Positions 38,433-46,874 of a stretch of 64,000 nt of DNA are shown here, piece after piece. This stretch comes from a virus (taxonomy: Duplodnaviria; Caudoviricetes): positions 6,546-70,545 of IMG/VR virus record IMGVR_UViG_3300033407_000007. One strand, 5' to 3'. The position numbers were made by a program, and so were the translations under genes. Each line of letters opens with the position of its first letter. The first letter of the stretch is position 1. Below the pieces are notes generated by a model that searched no databases, was not told the origin of the DNA, and was given only the letters and a program-made list of their open reading frames with translations.

Positions 38433-40241
38433 TTAGTCGATGCTGTAGACTGTAGCGTCCTGAAATTCTGCGAGTGGTTTACCCAACGTCTTGCGCTGGC
38501 AGCTGCCATCTCTGCGGTATACGTCCACGACCTCTCCCTCTCGGTCGTAGGGGCCTTGCACGCACCAACGACCTTCCCACTTGCGCCAGGTGAACTTGTC
38601 ACTGGCAGATCGTTGGGGTTGGGCAGGTGCCTCCGGTGCAGCATACTTACCGCTGGAGATAATTCGGTCCACGTTCATCGAGTCGTTACCCGTGAAGAAC
38701 GGGCACTCGCTTACATCCAGCGTCTCCTTGGCCCGGGTCAGGGCCACGTAGAGCAACTTCAATTCAGCGTCGCCGCACTTGCTCTTGACTGCAAAGTCGC
38801 TGGCCAGCTTGACGTGCCTCCACTCCCGTCCCTTACTCTTGTGAGCCGTGCTGATGACCAGATCAGCGTCCTCTTCCTGGGGCATACCTCGCAGGGCATC
38901 CAGGATGGTAGTGACGCCGAAGCTGTCGATCAGCTTGACCATCAACTGAAGGTCCTTACCCTCGTCCATGGAAACGTACTGCTGTAATTCACCCCAACTG
39001 CTGAAGCACGCCAGCTCCGGGTGACTGGTATTACCTGTCTCTTGCAGGTCCTTGGCCCCCTGGACGAACGAGATGAGCTGGCTGCTGCCTCCCACCAGGT
39101 AGGGATGCTTACCATGGTCGATGGCCTCCAGTAGGTAGCCCACGGCCATCGCGTTGGTACGGCACAGGATGGCATCCGGTTGCTCACTGGTAGCTCCACT
39201 GACGACCGTAGAGTTAATGGCCTCGTAGCCTCGCAGCCGTAACTGGGTCTGCTCCTGGAGGAGACTCAGCACCGCATTGGCCACCTCAGCGATGGCCGGA
39301 CCGAACCGGAATGACTGACTAAGGTATAACCTAGGGGCTCCGGGGAATGCCGCTAGGGCGTTCACGGCCCCCCGCCACTCGTAGATCTGCTGGGCACTAT
39401 CGCCGACCAAGATCACCTGCGGACGGTACTCACGGTCTGGGTTAACCTGCTGAGCCAGTATGTCCAGCATCACTGGTGCGGTGTCCTGCGCCTCATCTAG
39501 GAGTATGTAATCTGCAGAGATCACAGGGTCGTTCAACTGCCACAGCTTAACATAATGGTCATGGGTGAAAGGCATCGTGCCGTCCGGGTCGGCGATGTCA
39601 GCCCACGCCTTCTGGGCGAACGGTACGAGGTACTCCTTGACCGCGTCGTTGTTGTCATAGGTCCGCTTACCATCTGCGGGCTGATCCAGGCCGTCCATGT
39701 AGGCAAAGTGTTTACCCCCTATCTCGCGGTCAGCAGACTGGCAGAAGTTGCCAATGGCCATCATCACGCGGGTGGCCAGGAACTGGGCTGCCAACTCCTT
39801 CTCCTTTACCTCCTTGCCCTCACTGTCCTTGATCGACGGCAACGAGAAGTTCTTGATGCCGATCATCTCGGCAATAGCTTTGGCCCTAACCCGGTTGCCG
39901 CCCAGGCGATGGCTGTACTTGCTGCCGATCGCTCTGAACGCGAGGCTGTGGGTGGTATTGCACTGGCATGCGGTACCACGGAACTTGCCGGAGCTGTCCA
40001 CCACGAGGCTCTTGTTGAATGCTGTGTACTGCCCTCTTCCCTGGAGCACGTCCACCAGCATCCGGTCCGTTGTTGTCTTACCCGTGCCTGCTCCGGCCTC
40101 GATCATGATGACCGGCGTGCCCCTAGATGCCTCCTCCATGATGGCCTGTTGCTCCGGTGTGGGCGTCCTACCATTAGAGGATGGCTTACTAACGGCCGAC
40201 GCCTTGCGGATAGCCTTATCTAAATTCTGACTCTTTTTCAT
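38433..40241 (-). CDS. UvrD/Rep-like SF1 helicase
   Basis: AGAGTGKT, LLDEAQD, VGDSAQQIYEWRGA, STAHKSKGREW, LLYVALTRAK. Confidence 0.92.
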   Translation of the reverse strand: MKKSQNLDKAIRKASAVSKPSSNGRTPTPEQQAIMEEASRGTPVIMIEAGAGTGKTTTDRMLVDVLQGRGQYTAFNKSLVVDSSGKFRGTACQCNTTHSLAFRAIGSKYSHRLGGNRVRAKAIAEMIGIKNFSLPSIKDSEGKEVKEKELAAQFLATRVMMAIGNFCQSADREIGGKHFAYMDGLDQPADGKRTYDNNDAVKEYLVPFAQKAWADIADPDGTMPFTHDHYVKLWQLNDPVISADYILLDEAQDTAPVMLDILAQQVNPDREYRPQVILVGDSAQQIYEWRGAVNALAAFPGAPRLYLSQSFRFGPAIAEVANAVLSLLQEQTQLRLRGYEAINSTVVSGATSEQPDAILCRTNAMAVGYLLEAIDHGKHPYLVGGSSQLISFVQGAKDLQETGNTSHPELACFSSWGELQQYVSMDEGKDLQLMVKLIDSFGVTTILDALRGMPQEEDADLVISTAHKSKGREWRHVKLASDFAVKSKCGDAELKLLYVALTRAKETLDVSECPFFTGNDSMNVDRIISSGKYAAPEAPAQPQRSASDKFTWRKWEGRWCVQGPYDREGEVVDVYRRDGSCQRKTLGKPLAEFQDATVYSID

Positions 40242-40267
40242 CGTATCGCTCCTTGGTAGGGGTAAAA

Positions 40268-40693
40268 TTATTCCCAGTAGGTTCTGCCCATGGCCCCACG
40301 CACCTTCTTGAGGCCAAGTGAACGCATAACCTCGTCCTTGTCCTTGCGTGCTTGCCTCCTGCGGGCTAGGGTCTTCTTGTGCTTCATGTCGATCTCCATC
40401 TCACACTTCTCGCAGACGTTCTCGCCGTCCTTAGTGTAGATTTCGTTTCCGCAATAGTTGCATAGTTGCTTGGTTTCATCATGTACCCGCTGCCACACGG
40501 TGCGCTTTTGACCGCGAGGGTATCCCTGCCGCTGTGGGGCATCGGCGTATGCCTGGACCGATGATGGGTCCAGGACGTAGTAGAATCCACCCGGCATACT
40601 GCGTCGCCGGGATTTAAGGGTGCCCTGCTGACAGAGCACCCTCACTTGCCGTACCGAGCAGCCGATGACGGCTGCCGCTTCTTTTGGGGTCAT
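40268..40693 (-). CDS. excisionase-like HTH protein with zinc ribbon
   Basis: MTPKEAAAVIGCSVRQVRVLCQQG; CNYC...CEKC. Confidence 0.75.
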   Translation of the reverse strand: MTPKEAAAVIGCSVRQVRVLCQQGTLKSRRRSMPGGFYYVLDPSSVQAYADAPQRQGYPRGQKRTVWQRVHDETKQLCNYCGNEIYTKDGENVCEKCEMEIDMKHKKTLARRRQARKDKDEVMRSLGLKKVRGAMGRTYWE

Positions 40694-41310
40694 TTATTAA
40701 TCCTCGAACATGCCTCTCTCGAACATGCCTCTCTCGAACATGCCTCTTCGGCGATCGCGATTAAGTCTAAGTCGCATGGACACGCCCTCGCTGCCCTCTC
40801 CGCCGCCCCCGCCGCACACGCCGCCGCCCACGCCGCCGCCCACGCCGCCGCCGCCCGCGCCGCCGCCTCCTCCGCCGCCAAAGCCGCCGCCGCCGCCCAC
40901 GCCGCCGCTTTCTTACTGCGGTCCCTTCCGCTCATCCAGTTGTCCGCCCATTCACGCCAGCCGGGATGGACGCAGCCAGCCGCTCTCGCGCAGAGGATCG
41001 CGAATCGCACGCGCTGTTCGGTCGTGATTTTCGGTAGCGGGATCTGCTTGATCGTGGTTAGGCTGGTCGTGCCAACCTTGAGGCCGTGATCAGTTTTGCC
41101 CACCTCGCCTTCCGCTTCCCAGAGAATTGGGCTACGAAAATCGGCATGAATCGAATTCAGTAATACGGCCAACAATGGATGGGTGTAGGCATGAATCCAA
41201 CCGGGTCCGCAAAGCTCGCCCTCGCCGCTAGCGGTGTGCGTGACATTTTCGCCCCATTGTGTGTTGTTGTATGTTTGGCCATATTCGTCGGTTAGTTTGT
41301 ACAGTCTCAT
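40690..41310 (-). CDS. hypothetical protein with Ala/Trp low-complexity tail
   Basis: AGGAG RBS before ATG 41310; AAAWAAAAALAAEEAAARAAAAWAAAWAAAC; (EACSR)x3. Confidence 0.7.
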   Translation of the reverse strand: MRLYKLTDEYGQTYNNTQWGENVTHTASGEGELCGPGWIHAYTHPLLAVLLNSIHADFRSPILWEAEGEVGKTDHGLKVGTTSLTTIKQIPLPKITTEQRVRFAILCARAAGCVHPGWREWADNWMSGRDRSKKAAAWAAAAALAAEEAAARAAAAWAAAWAAACAAGAAERAARACPCDLDLIAIAEEACSREACSREACSRINK

Positions 41311-41331
41311 GTATCGCTCCTGATGAAATCC

Positions 41332-41364
41332 CCCCACCCCGCCGCCACGGGCGACGGAGTGGGG
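41332..41364 (-). repeat. GC-rich 14-bp hairpin, copy 1
   Basis: Near-identical to 42140-42172; G-U pairs favour the minus-strand RNA. Confidence 0.8.
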
Positions 41365-41380
41365 TAACGAGGTGAGTGAA

Positions 41381-41578
41381 TTACAACTTTCCCTCTTGTC
41401 GCAGTCGCGTCTTCAGATCATCCGGAATGTACACCGGGTGGCTATAGCGTCGCGTGGCGACGGAGATCGCCTCTTTGACTGTGCGTCCTGTCCCCCACAT
41501 GTAGCCGTCTTCGGCCGAAACGACGCCGAAACGTCGGTTTCCCTGGCCGGTCCAGTATTCTACGATTGCTCCGAACAT
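41381..41578 (-). CDS. small hypothetical protein (MFGAIVEY...)
   Basis: GAGGTG RBS inside the 62-bp repeat. Confidence 0.65.
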   Translation of the reverse strand: MFGAIVEYWTGQGNRRFGVVSAEDGYMWGTGRTVKEAISVATRRYSHPVYIPDDLKTRLRQEGKL

Positions 41579-41624
41579 GTTTCACCTCATCGTCTAATGC
41601 GCCTCCCCGAAGTGGTTCGGCAAG
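41563..41624 (-). repeat. 62-bp exact direct repeat, copy 1 (leader, RBS and first codons)
   Basis: Identical to 42037-42098. Confidence 0.95.
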
Positions 41625-41674
41625 CCCCGGTTTGCGGCATCGAGCCGCGTAGCGATTCGCCGGGGGTGGTGAGA

Positions 41675-42052
41675 TCAGCCTTGGGTCTCGGCCACGTACG
41701 CGCCATCATCATCGGCCAGAGCGATCCAGCCGAGATTTTCCATCGCCGAAACGAGAGCCTCTTTATCCACGGCCAACTCCTCATCGCGGCCTAGGGCCTC
41801 CAGTCCGTCAAGGAGCACGATCGGAAAGGACTGCCAATCGTTGCAGTCCACCTCGTACAGTTCCTGCACGATTCCCCGCGTGGGGGATGATTGATTGTGG
41901 CCGAGTCGGTAAGCCCTCGCCTGCGGATCATAGGCGGCTTCCGAGATCGCTTCTGCGGCTGCCTTGGCCTCTGCCTCGGTATCGTGCACCGATATCAGGC
42001 GGTACTCCGTGCTGGGACCGTAGAAATCGGTTTTCGCGATTGCTCCGAACAT
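41675..42052 (-). CDS. acidic hypothetical protein (MFGAIAKT...)
   Basis: Same leader and first five codons as 41381-41578. Confidence 0.7.
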   Translation of the reverse strand: MFGAIAKTDFYGPSTEYRLISVHDTEAEAKAAAEAISEAAYDPQARAYRLGHNQSSPTRGIVQELYEVDCNDWQSFPIVLLDGLEALGRDEELAVDKEALVSAMENLGWIALADDDGAYVAETQG

Positions 42053-42098
42053 GTTTCACCTCATCGTCTAATGCGCCTCCCCGAAGTGGTTCGGCAAG
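42037..42098 (-). repeat. 62-bp exact direct repeat, copy 2
   Basis: Identical to 41563-41624. Confidence 0.95.
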
Positions 42099-42139
42099 TC
42101 CCCGTCCGGATCGCGAGTCCCGGTTACGCTGCGGGGAAG

Positions 42140-42172
42140 CCCCACCCCGCCGCCACGAGCGACGGAGTGGGG
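42140..42172 (-). repeat. GC-rich 14-bp hairpin, copy 2
   Basis: Differs from copy 1 at one loop base. Confidence 0.8.
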
Positions 42173-42215
42173 GAACGAGATTCGTTCAGATCGGCTACCC
42201 GCCGTGGGTTGCGGC

Positions 42216-42605
42216 TCAGTTGCCGCGGGGGTCTTCTGTCTCGCCGGCGATGATCGCTTTGGCTAGCCGGCGGTAGGGGCGGATCGACCGGCGAGTCAGC
42301 CGGCGGATGTCGGCTCGGGTCTCGGGGCCGGCGAAGCGATTGATCGGCCTGTCCTGCCGGCTGCAATTGCAGGCTCGGCAAGCGGTGACCAGATTGGCCG
42401 GCTCGTTGCTGCCGCCGTCGCTGTCGGGTCGCACGTGGTCGAGCGTAATGTCGCTCGGGTGGGCGCCGTGCAGGTCCCGGCAGCAATACACGCAGCGGAA
42501 TGAGTCTCGGAGGTAGATGGCCAGCCTGAGATCTTTGCGGCAGACGACGCCTTTGTAGCCGGCTTTGCTGTTTCGGCCGTTCGTGGCTTTTTTCGTCTTG
42601 GTCAT
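42216..42605 (-). CDS. HNH endonuclease
   Basis: CVYC...TLDHVRP...GGSNEPANLVTACRACN; GAGGTG RBS. Confidence 0.9.
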   Translation of the reverse strand: MTKTKKATNGRNSKAGYKGVVCRKDLRLAIYLRDSFRCVYCCRDLHGAHPSDITLDHVRPDSDGGSNEPANLVTACRACNCSRQDRPINRFAGPETRADIRRLTRRSIRPYRRLAKAIIAGETEDPRGN

Positions 42606-42630
42606 CGTCTCACCTCGTTGTTGGGGGTTA

Positions 42631-42680
42631 GCCTCATCAGTGCCGGTTCGTCCGGCAGACGCCCCGGAGGGCGTTTCGGC
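42631..42680 (-). ncRNA. hammerhead ribozyme, type II topology
   Basis: Minus strand GCC-GAAA-CGCCC(TCCG)GGGCG-TC^TGCCGG(ACGAA)CCGGCA-CTGATGA-GGC; intact core; predicted GUC cut between 42658 and 42657. Confidence 0.85.
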
Positions 42681-42684
42681 GGTT

Positions 42685-42743
42685 CAGGTTTCGTGTGGTA
42701 ATGGTAACTCATCAGGCACGGCTACCAATGCCGTGCGACCTAG
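42685..42743 (-). ncRNA. hammerhead ribozyme, type III topology with loop I-loop II pseudoknot
   Basis: Minus strand TAGG-TC^GCACGGC(ATTGGTA)GCCGTGC-CTGATGA-GT(TACCATTACCAC)AC-GAAA-CCTG; TGGTA can pair with TACCA; predicted cut between 42737 and 42736. Confidence 0.88.
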
Positions 42744-42825
42744 TGTCTGCCTGCGGTGGGGATGAGGGGTAACTCATGCCATCCGTTGTTCGGCAGGTAA
42801 GATTTAGTTTTCAAAGAACACCCTT

Positions 42826-42853
42826 ACTATACGCCTTATCGGCCTCAAGTAAA
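42826..42853 (-). promoter_or_regulatory. sigma70-like early promoter TTTACT-16-TATAGT
   Basis: Shares TTTACT and the spacer motif GCCGATAAGG with the promoter at 57871-57899; -35 overlaps an AAATAGCC/GGCTATTT inverted repeat. Confidence 0.6.
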
Positions 42854-42963
42854 TAGCCGGGGTAGGCTATTTTGAGATATTTATAAAAGTATTTATAAGG
42901 GTATTACTAAATAGTTGCTGGGTAAGGACTTACGACTTAAAGATATTTTGCCGTAACCAACAG

Positions 42964-43020
42964 AAAAGGCCCCCGATTAGGGGGCCTGTGTGGTAGAAAA
43001 TGGGGCCATCCGTGGCCCCT
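42964..43020 (-). terminator. two tandem intrinsic terminators
   Basis: AAAAGGCCCCC-GATTA-GGGGGCCT and AAAATGGGGCCA...TGGCCCC downstream of the 43037-44578 gene. Confidence 0.7.
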
Positions 43021-43036
43021 GGCGGTAGCGGCTAGG

Positions 43037-44578
43037 CTACGCGGTAGGTTGTCGAGGGGATGGCTGCTGAGATAGTAGCTTCGCAAACGGCTCGACCACC
43101 TCTGACCCGGCACCCTGGAACCCGTTAGCTATCTTGCACACGGCACTCTTGCCGCGGACGCCGACCACGCGAACCTGGTAAGGTTCGCCGTCATCGCTCA
43201 TGATCCAGCGGGTCTTGCCTAGCAGGCCAGTGATGTTATTGGAATCCTTGGGCGGCTTAGGGGTCTTTTGTTTACGCTCCGCTGGAGGCAGCTCACCATT
43301 AGTCTGCTTCTGTTGCTTGATCGTCTTGATCTTCTCCTCTTGCTCCTCCTTGGGCGGTGCCTTGGTTACCTGCTCCTCGTTCAGGTCGGCTAGGCTGCCA
43401 ATGTCGATGCCCCCGACTACGGGATGTTCGTCCAAGTAAGCGAACCCATCTTCGTCCTCCTGGTAGTGGAGCGTGAGGTTGGCTTCGGTCAGCTTCTTGC
43501 CCTGGGTGGTGAGATTCCACGCCTTGATTAACAGAGCCATCTTGCCGTCCAAGCTGTTGTCGCCGTCCTCGATCATCGCGGCCAAGCACTTGCGGATGGG
43601 GGCCATGCTGCCGTCATCTCCGGCCAGCATCACGAACCAGTCGCACGCCACGCCCCACTGACTGAAGTCGATGATGGACTCGTCGTGCCGCTCGCTGTTC
43701 AGGTACGCGGTCTGATCGGTCTTGCTGGTGGCGAACAGGTACAGCAGGGCAGCGCAGTAGCCGCGGCCCAGAAACCGACACAGCTTGCCCTCGCTGTCCT
43801 CCGTACTGACGTGGTCAATAGCCCCTAGGATACGCTGATGGCGCTCCAGGAAGTTCACCGACTCGCTGTGCGTCCTGCGGGGTGAGAACCCATCGAGGTT
43901 CTCGGCAGTACGCACCCACAGCAACCGTATGGCGTAGTCAGTAGCCCTGGCGGCCTGCTTGCGTTCTCCTGGAGGAAGATCAGCGAAATAGGGGCTGCGG
44001 TAGATCACGTCGGCCAGCGTGCGCGGCTTGCACGTGTCCATCGTGTTGACCACCGCGTCGTCCTCGTCTACTCCAACGGCCACTAGCTTGTCGATGGTAG
44101 GCGGTCCGTGCAAGGCCGGATACAGTCCCGGGTCCTTGGCGTAGTCCTTGTCGGCGAGTACCAGGGCGATCAACTGGTGCTGGCCGTTCAGTACGTGTCC
44201 CATTTTGCCGATGATGACCGGCTCGCCGTTGTACCTCCAACGTCCTCGTAGGATCTCCTGCTTCAGAGCCAGCACGTTGCCCAGCGACAGTGGGCGGTTC
44301 ATCACGTTGTATTTGCACCGTACCTTAACGCTACTGTCATCTCCGTTCTTGCAACTAAAGAGGTAGTCGCCGCCGTATCTGACGTTACTGCCTCCCTTGC
44401 CCTCCTCCATCCATCCGAGGATCTCCTTGGCAGTCTCCGCGTCCAGTGGTGGCTTGTCGCCGCCTTCCTTGCACAGTGACACCTTCTCTGTTGGGTAGAG
44501 CACCTTAACTTCAGGCTGGTCTGATGTTACTACTGATGCATTGGTCCTGGTCTTGCTAGCCGCTTTTGCCTTAGCCAT
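43037..44578 (-). CDS. ParB/Srx-like (xGQH motif) domain protein, paralog 1
   Basis: NRPLS...RWRYNGEPVII...LNGQHQLIAL; KPRTLADV; C-terminal SH3/KOW-like segment. Confidence 0.7.
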   Translation of the reverse strand: MAKAKAASKTRTNASVVTSDQPEVKVLYPTEKVSLCKEGGDKPPLDAETAKEILGWMEEGKGGSNVRYGGDYLFSCKNGDDSSVKVRCKYNVMNRPLSLGNVLALKQEILRGRWRYNGEPVIIGKMGHVLNGQHQLIALVLADKDYAKDPGLYPALHGPPTIDKLVAVGVDEDDAVVNTMDTCKPRTLADVIYRSPYFADLPPGERKQAARATDYAIRLLWVRTAENLDGFSPRRTHSESVNFLERHQRILGAIDHVSTEDSEGKLCRFLGRGYCAALLYLFATSKTDQTAYLNSERHDESIIDFSQWGVACDWFVMLAGDDGSMAPIRKCLAAMIEDGDNSLDGKMALLIKAWNLTTQGKKLTEANLTLHYQEDEDGFAYLDEHPVVGGIDIGSLADLNEEQVTKAPPKEEQEEKIKTIKQQKQTNGELPPAERKQKTPKPPKDSNNITGLLGKTRWIMSDDGEPYQVRVVGVRGKSAVCKIANGFQGAGSEVVEPFAKLLSQQPSPRQPTA

Positions 44579-44636
44579 TGTCACACTCCTAGTAATAGGT
44601 GTTATGTCTACCGTGCGACGTGCACGGTAGGCCCTA

Positions 44637-44665
44637 TTTATAATAGTTACGCGAGTAAAAGTAAA
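44637..44665 (-). promoter_or_regulatory. sigma70-like promoter TTTACT-17-TATAAA
   Basis: In an AT-rich divergent intergenic region; a 9-bp hairpin (44608-44630) follows in the leader. Confidence 0.5.
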
Positions 44666-44876
44666 TACATATCTTAAACCCTTATATACTACGTACTTAC
44701 GTACTTACGTAACGATATTGCCCCACTATATTATAATGTATTTCTGCGTTGCGTAAGTTTGCTTAGGGGGTAGGGCAGGGGGATCGGGGGGCCGCGGCGG
44801 TATAGCGTTCTGGGGATAGGGTATTATTAAAGGGTACGTGTCACGCATCTGATACACAATACATGGGAGGACCGAG

Positions 44877-45092
44877 ATGGCTAAGAACCACATGACCGAG
44901 TACCCTCTGCGATACCCTTGGGATGACTGGTTTGCTAGGGCATCCAAACGACCCATCAAACTTCGTAGGGGTGAACATTTCCCATGCATGATACATAGTA
45001 TGGGAGTTCAGATCCGTACAGCAGCCGCAGAGCGAGGCTTGCGAGTGAAGGTATTAACCGCAGACAATATCCTTACTGTGGAGGTACTGTGA
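44877..45092 (+). CDS. small hypothetical, possibly DNA-binding
   Basis: GGGAGG RBS; YPWDDWF...SMGVQIRTAAAERG. Confidence 0.6.
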   Translation: MAKNHMTEYPLRYPWDDWFARASKRPIKLRRGEHFPCMIHSMGVQIRTAAAERGLRVKVLTADNILTVEVL

Positions 45093-45571
45093 CAATGCCT
45101 GAGATGCCATGTAATAAGACATTCATTGGCGTCGATCCTGGTAAACATGGAGGATTAGTGTGCATGGACTACGATGGCCGAGTGCTCGACCTGATTAGAA
45201 TGCCATCCACCGAATCTGACGTTTGGAAATGGTTCATCGAGATATATGATCCTAGCGTTCGCACAGTCGCCGTGATCGAGAAGGTGCATAGTATGCCCAA
45301 GCAGGGTGTAGCTTCATCATTCACGTTTGGGATGGGGTATGGCGGGTTGCGGATGGCGTTAATTGCCGCTGGTATTCCGTTTGATCAGGTCACGCCGCAG
45401 AAGTGGATGAAGGCGATAGGCATCCCGCCGCGCAAGAAGACCGACACTAACAACCAATGGAAGAACCGTCTTAAGGCGCACGCTCAGCAACTCTTCCCCC
45501 AGGAAAATATCACGTTGGCCACAGCCGACGCTCTTTTGATCGCCGAGTATTGTAGGAGGGCCTACCGATGA
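45089..45571 (+). CDS. RuvC-like Holliday junction resolvase
   Basis: IGVDPGKHGG, VIEKV, SSFTFGMGYG, ADALLIA. Confidence 0.88.
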   Translation: MTMPEMPCNKTFIGVDPGKHGGLVCMDYDGRVLDLIRMPSTESDVWKWFIEIYDPSVRTVAVIEKVHSMPKQGVASSFTFGMGYGGLRMALIAAGIPFDQVTPQKWMKAIGIPPRKKTDTNNQWKNRLKAHAQQLFPQENITLATADALLIAEYCRRAYR

Positions 45572-45816
45572 TGATAGATCCAGATCTATCATGTATATTC
45601 GGGGAGTACAGTGTCTACGCTGCTACGTTAGACGCCAGTCTTGGGTTGAATAACCCTATGATCACACAACCCGAAAATCGGGGAATAATGATCCCGTTAA
45701 TGCTATGCGCCGAGCTATTTCTGATGGGTCCTCCTGAGCACCGCGCGAATATCTATGAGCGCGTGGGTATGAATCTATTGGAGCAGCACAACCACAAACT
45801 ACCAAAGGTACAATGA
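45568..45816 (+). CDS. hypothetical protein
   Basis: Overlap-coupled 82 aa ORF. Confidence 0.45.
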   Translation: MMIDPDLSCIFGEYSVYAATLDASLGLNNPMITQPENRGIMIPLMLCAELFLMGPPEHRANIYERVGMNLLEQHNHKLPKVQ

Positions 45817-46370
45817 TGAACTACTCTCAATTTAAGGTCACGTATACGGATTGTCAGTCATGCCCGCTGTGCGATCAGCGCAGGAATATGGTATTCGCTC
45901 GGGGTAGAGTGCCGGCTCCGCTGCTACTGGTGGGTGAGGCTCCTGGGGCCAGCGAGGACACGCTCGGCATACCATTCATTGGGCCTGCTGGGAAACTACT
46001 GGACAAGATTTTGAATATGGCCTTAGATGGTCAGATGGATTATGCAATCACTAACCTGGTCTGTTGTTTCCCCAGAGATGCCAAGGCTACGCCGAACCAC
46101 CAGCCACCGAGGGAATCCATTCAGGCATGTTCCGCTCGTCTGGCCGACTTCATCGTGTTGTGCCAGCCACAGGTGATCGTGACGGTCGGTAGCCTATCCG
46201 ATAAGTGGTTGCCCTACGTACTAGATCGCTGGGTGGAAGATTGGGATGGTGTACTAGTAAGTATTATCCATCCATCCGCAGTCATCCGCATGGATGAGTC
46301 CCAGCAGAGCCTTGCCGTGCGCCGTTGCGTGGCTACGCTGGAGGATGTAGCGGCTAAAATACTCGGTTAG
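45813..46370 (+). CDS. uracil-DNA glycosylase family 4 (Fe-S)
   Basis: CQSCPLC, VGEAPGASED..G.PFIGPAG, ITNLVCC, IHPS. Confidence 0.9.
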   Translation: MMNYSQFKVTYTDCQSCPLCDQRRNMVFARGRVPAPLLLVGEAPGASEDTLGIPFIGPAGKLLDKILNMALDGQMDYAITNLVCCFPRDAKATPNHQPPRESIQACSARLADFIVLCQPQVIVTVGSLSDKWLPYVLDRWVEDWDGVLVSIIHPSAVIRMDESQQSLAVRRCVATLEDVAAKILG

Positions 46371-46439
46371 TAATACCGTTTATAATAGGAGCATCGCTAG
46401 TCGCGCGACTGGCACTTAGGGCAATAAGTAAGAGGGTGG

Positions 46440-46859
46440 TTGTGTATGATGTATTCATGGTGGGTAGAATTAACAGAAGTCTACAACGACGCTGTATTAT
46501 TCTTAGGTAAATGGTACGACGTACCATTTCTGCCGGTAATTGGTTTGGTAGTAGAATGCCGAAACTCCTGGAAAGATGCTGATATTAATAATGCTACTAT
46601 CACCAATTGGTACTACGTACTGGATGACGGTGGAACAATAGTTGTAGAATTATCCATAACAGACCTTAGATGCGGTAAATGTATTGTAGGAACTCCTTGC
46701 TTAGACGAAGATTGCGTAAGTCTCCTTGGCAATGACAATGATAAACAAGATTACCCTAAGGTTGATGATGTATTAGGTAACGATTGGAACGTTACTAGAA
46801 TTGACATAAACCCTGTTCCAGGGACCACCCAAGATGAGATTTGGAAAACTCGGAGATAA
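46440..46859 (+). CDS. AT-richer hypothetical protein (moron-like)
   Basis: Visibly AT-richer than its neighbours; TATAAT at 46381. Confidence 0.5.
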   Translation: MCMMYSWWVELTEVYNDAVLFLGKWYDVPFLPVIGLVVECRNSWKDADINNATITNWYYVLDDGGTIVVELSITDLRCGKCIVGTPCLDEDCVSLLGNDNDKQDYPKVDDVLGNDWNVTRIDINPVPGTTQDEIWKTRR

Positions 46860-46874
46860 AAACAGGAGCGAATT

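Noticed and set aside
40268-40693. Evidence of a temperate lifestyle from the excisionase-like HTH
   Set aside because: No integrase, repressor/antirepressor pair or att site is supportable in the window
40780-40915. Poly-Pro and poly-Gly ORFs (40710-41027, 40697-40900) or a DGR variable region
   Set aside because: These are alternative frames of the Ala-rich GCG/GCC tract in 40690-41310; no reverse transcriptase or template repeat seen
41590-41670. Twister or twister-sister ribozyme on the plus strand (TAATGC...GGCAAGCCC)
   Set aside because: The required stems and pseudoknots could not be built, the second copy diverges, and transcription is on the minus strand
41332-42172. CRISPR mini-array
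   Set aside because: Only two copies each of two different repeats, hundreds of bp apart and enclosing ORFs; no cas genes
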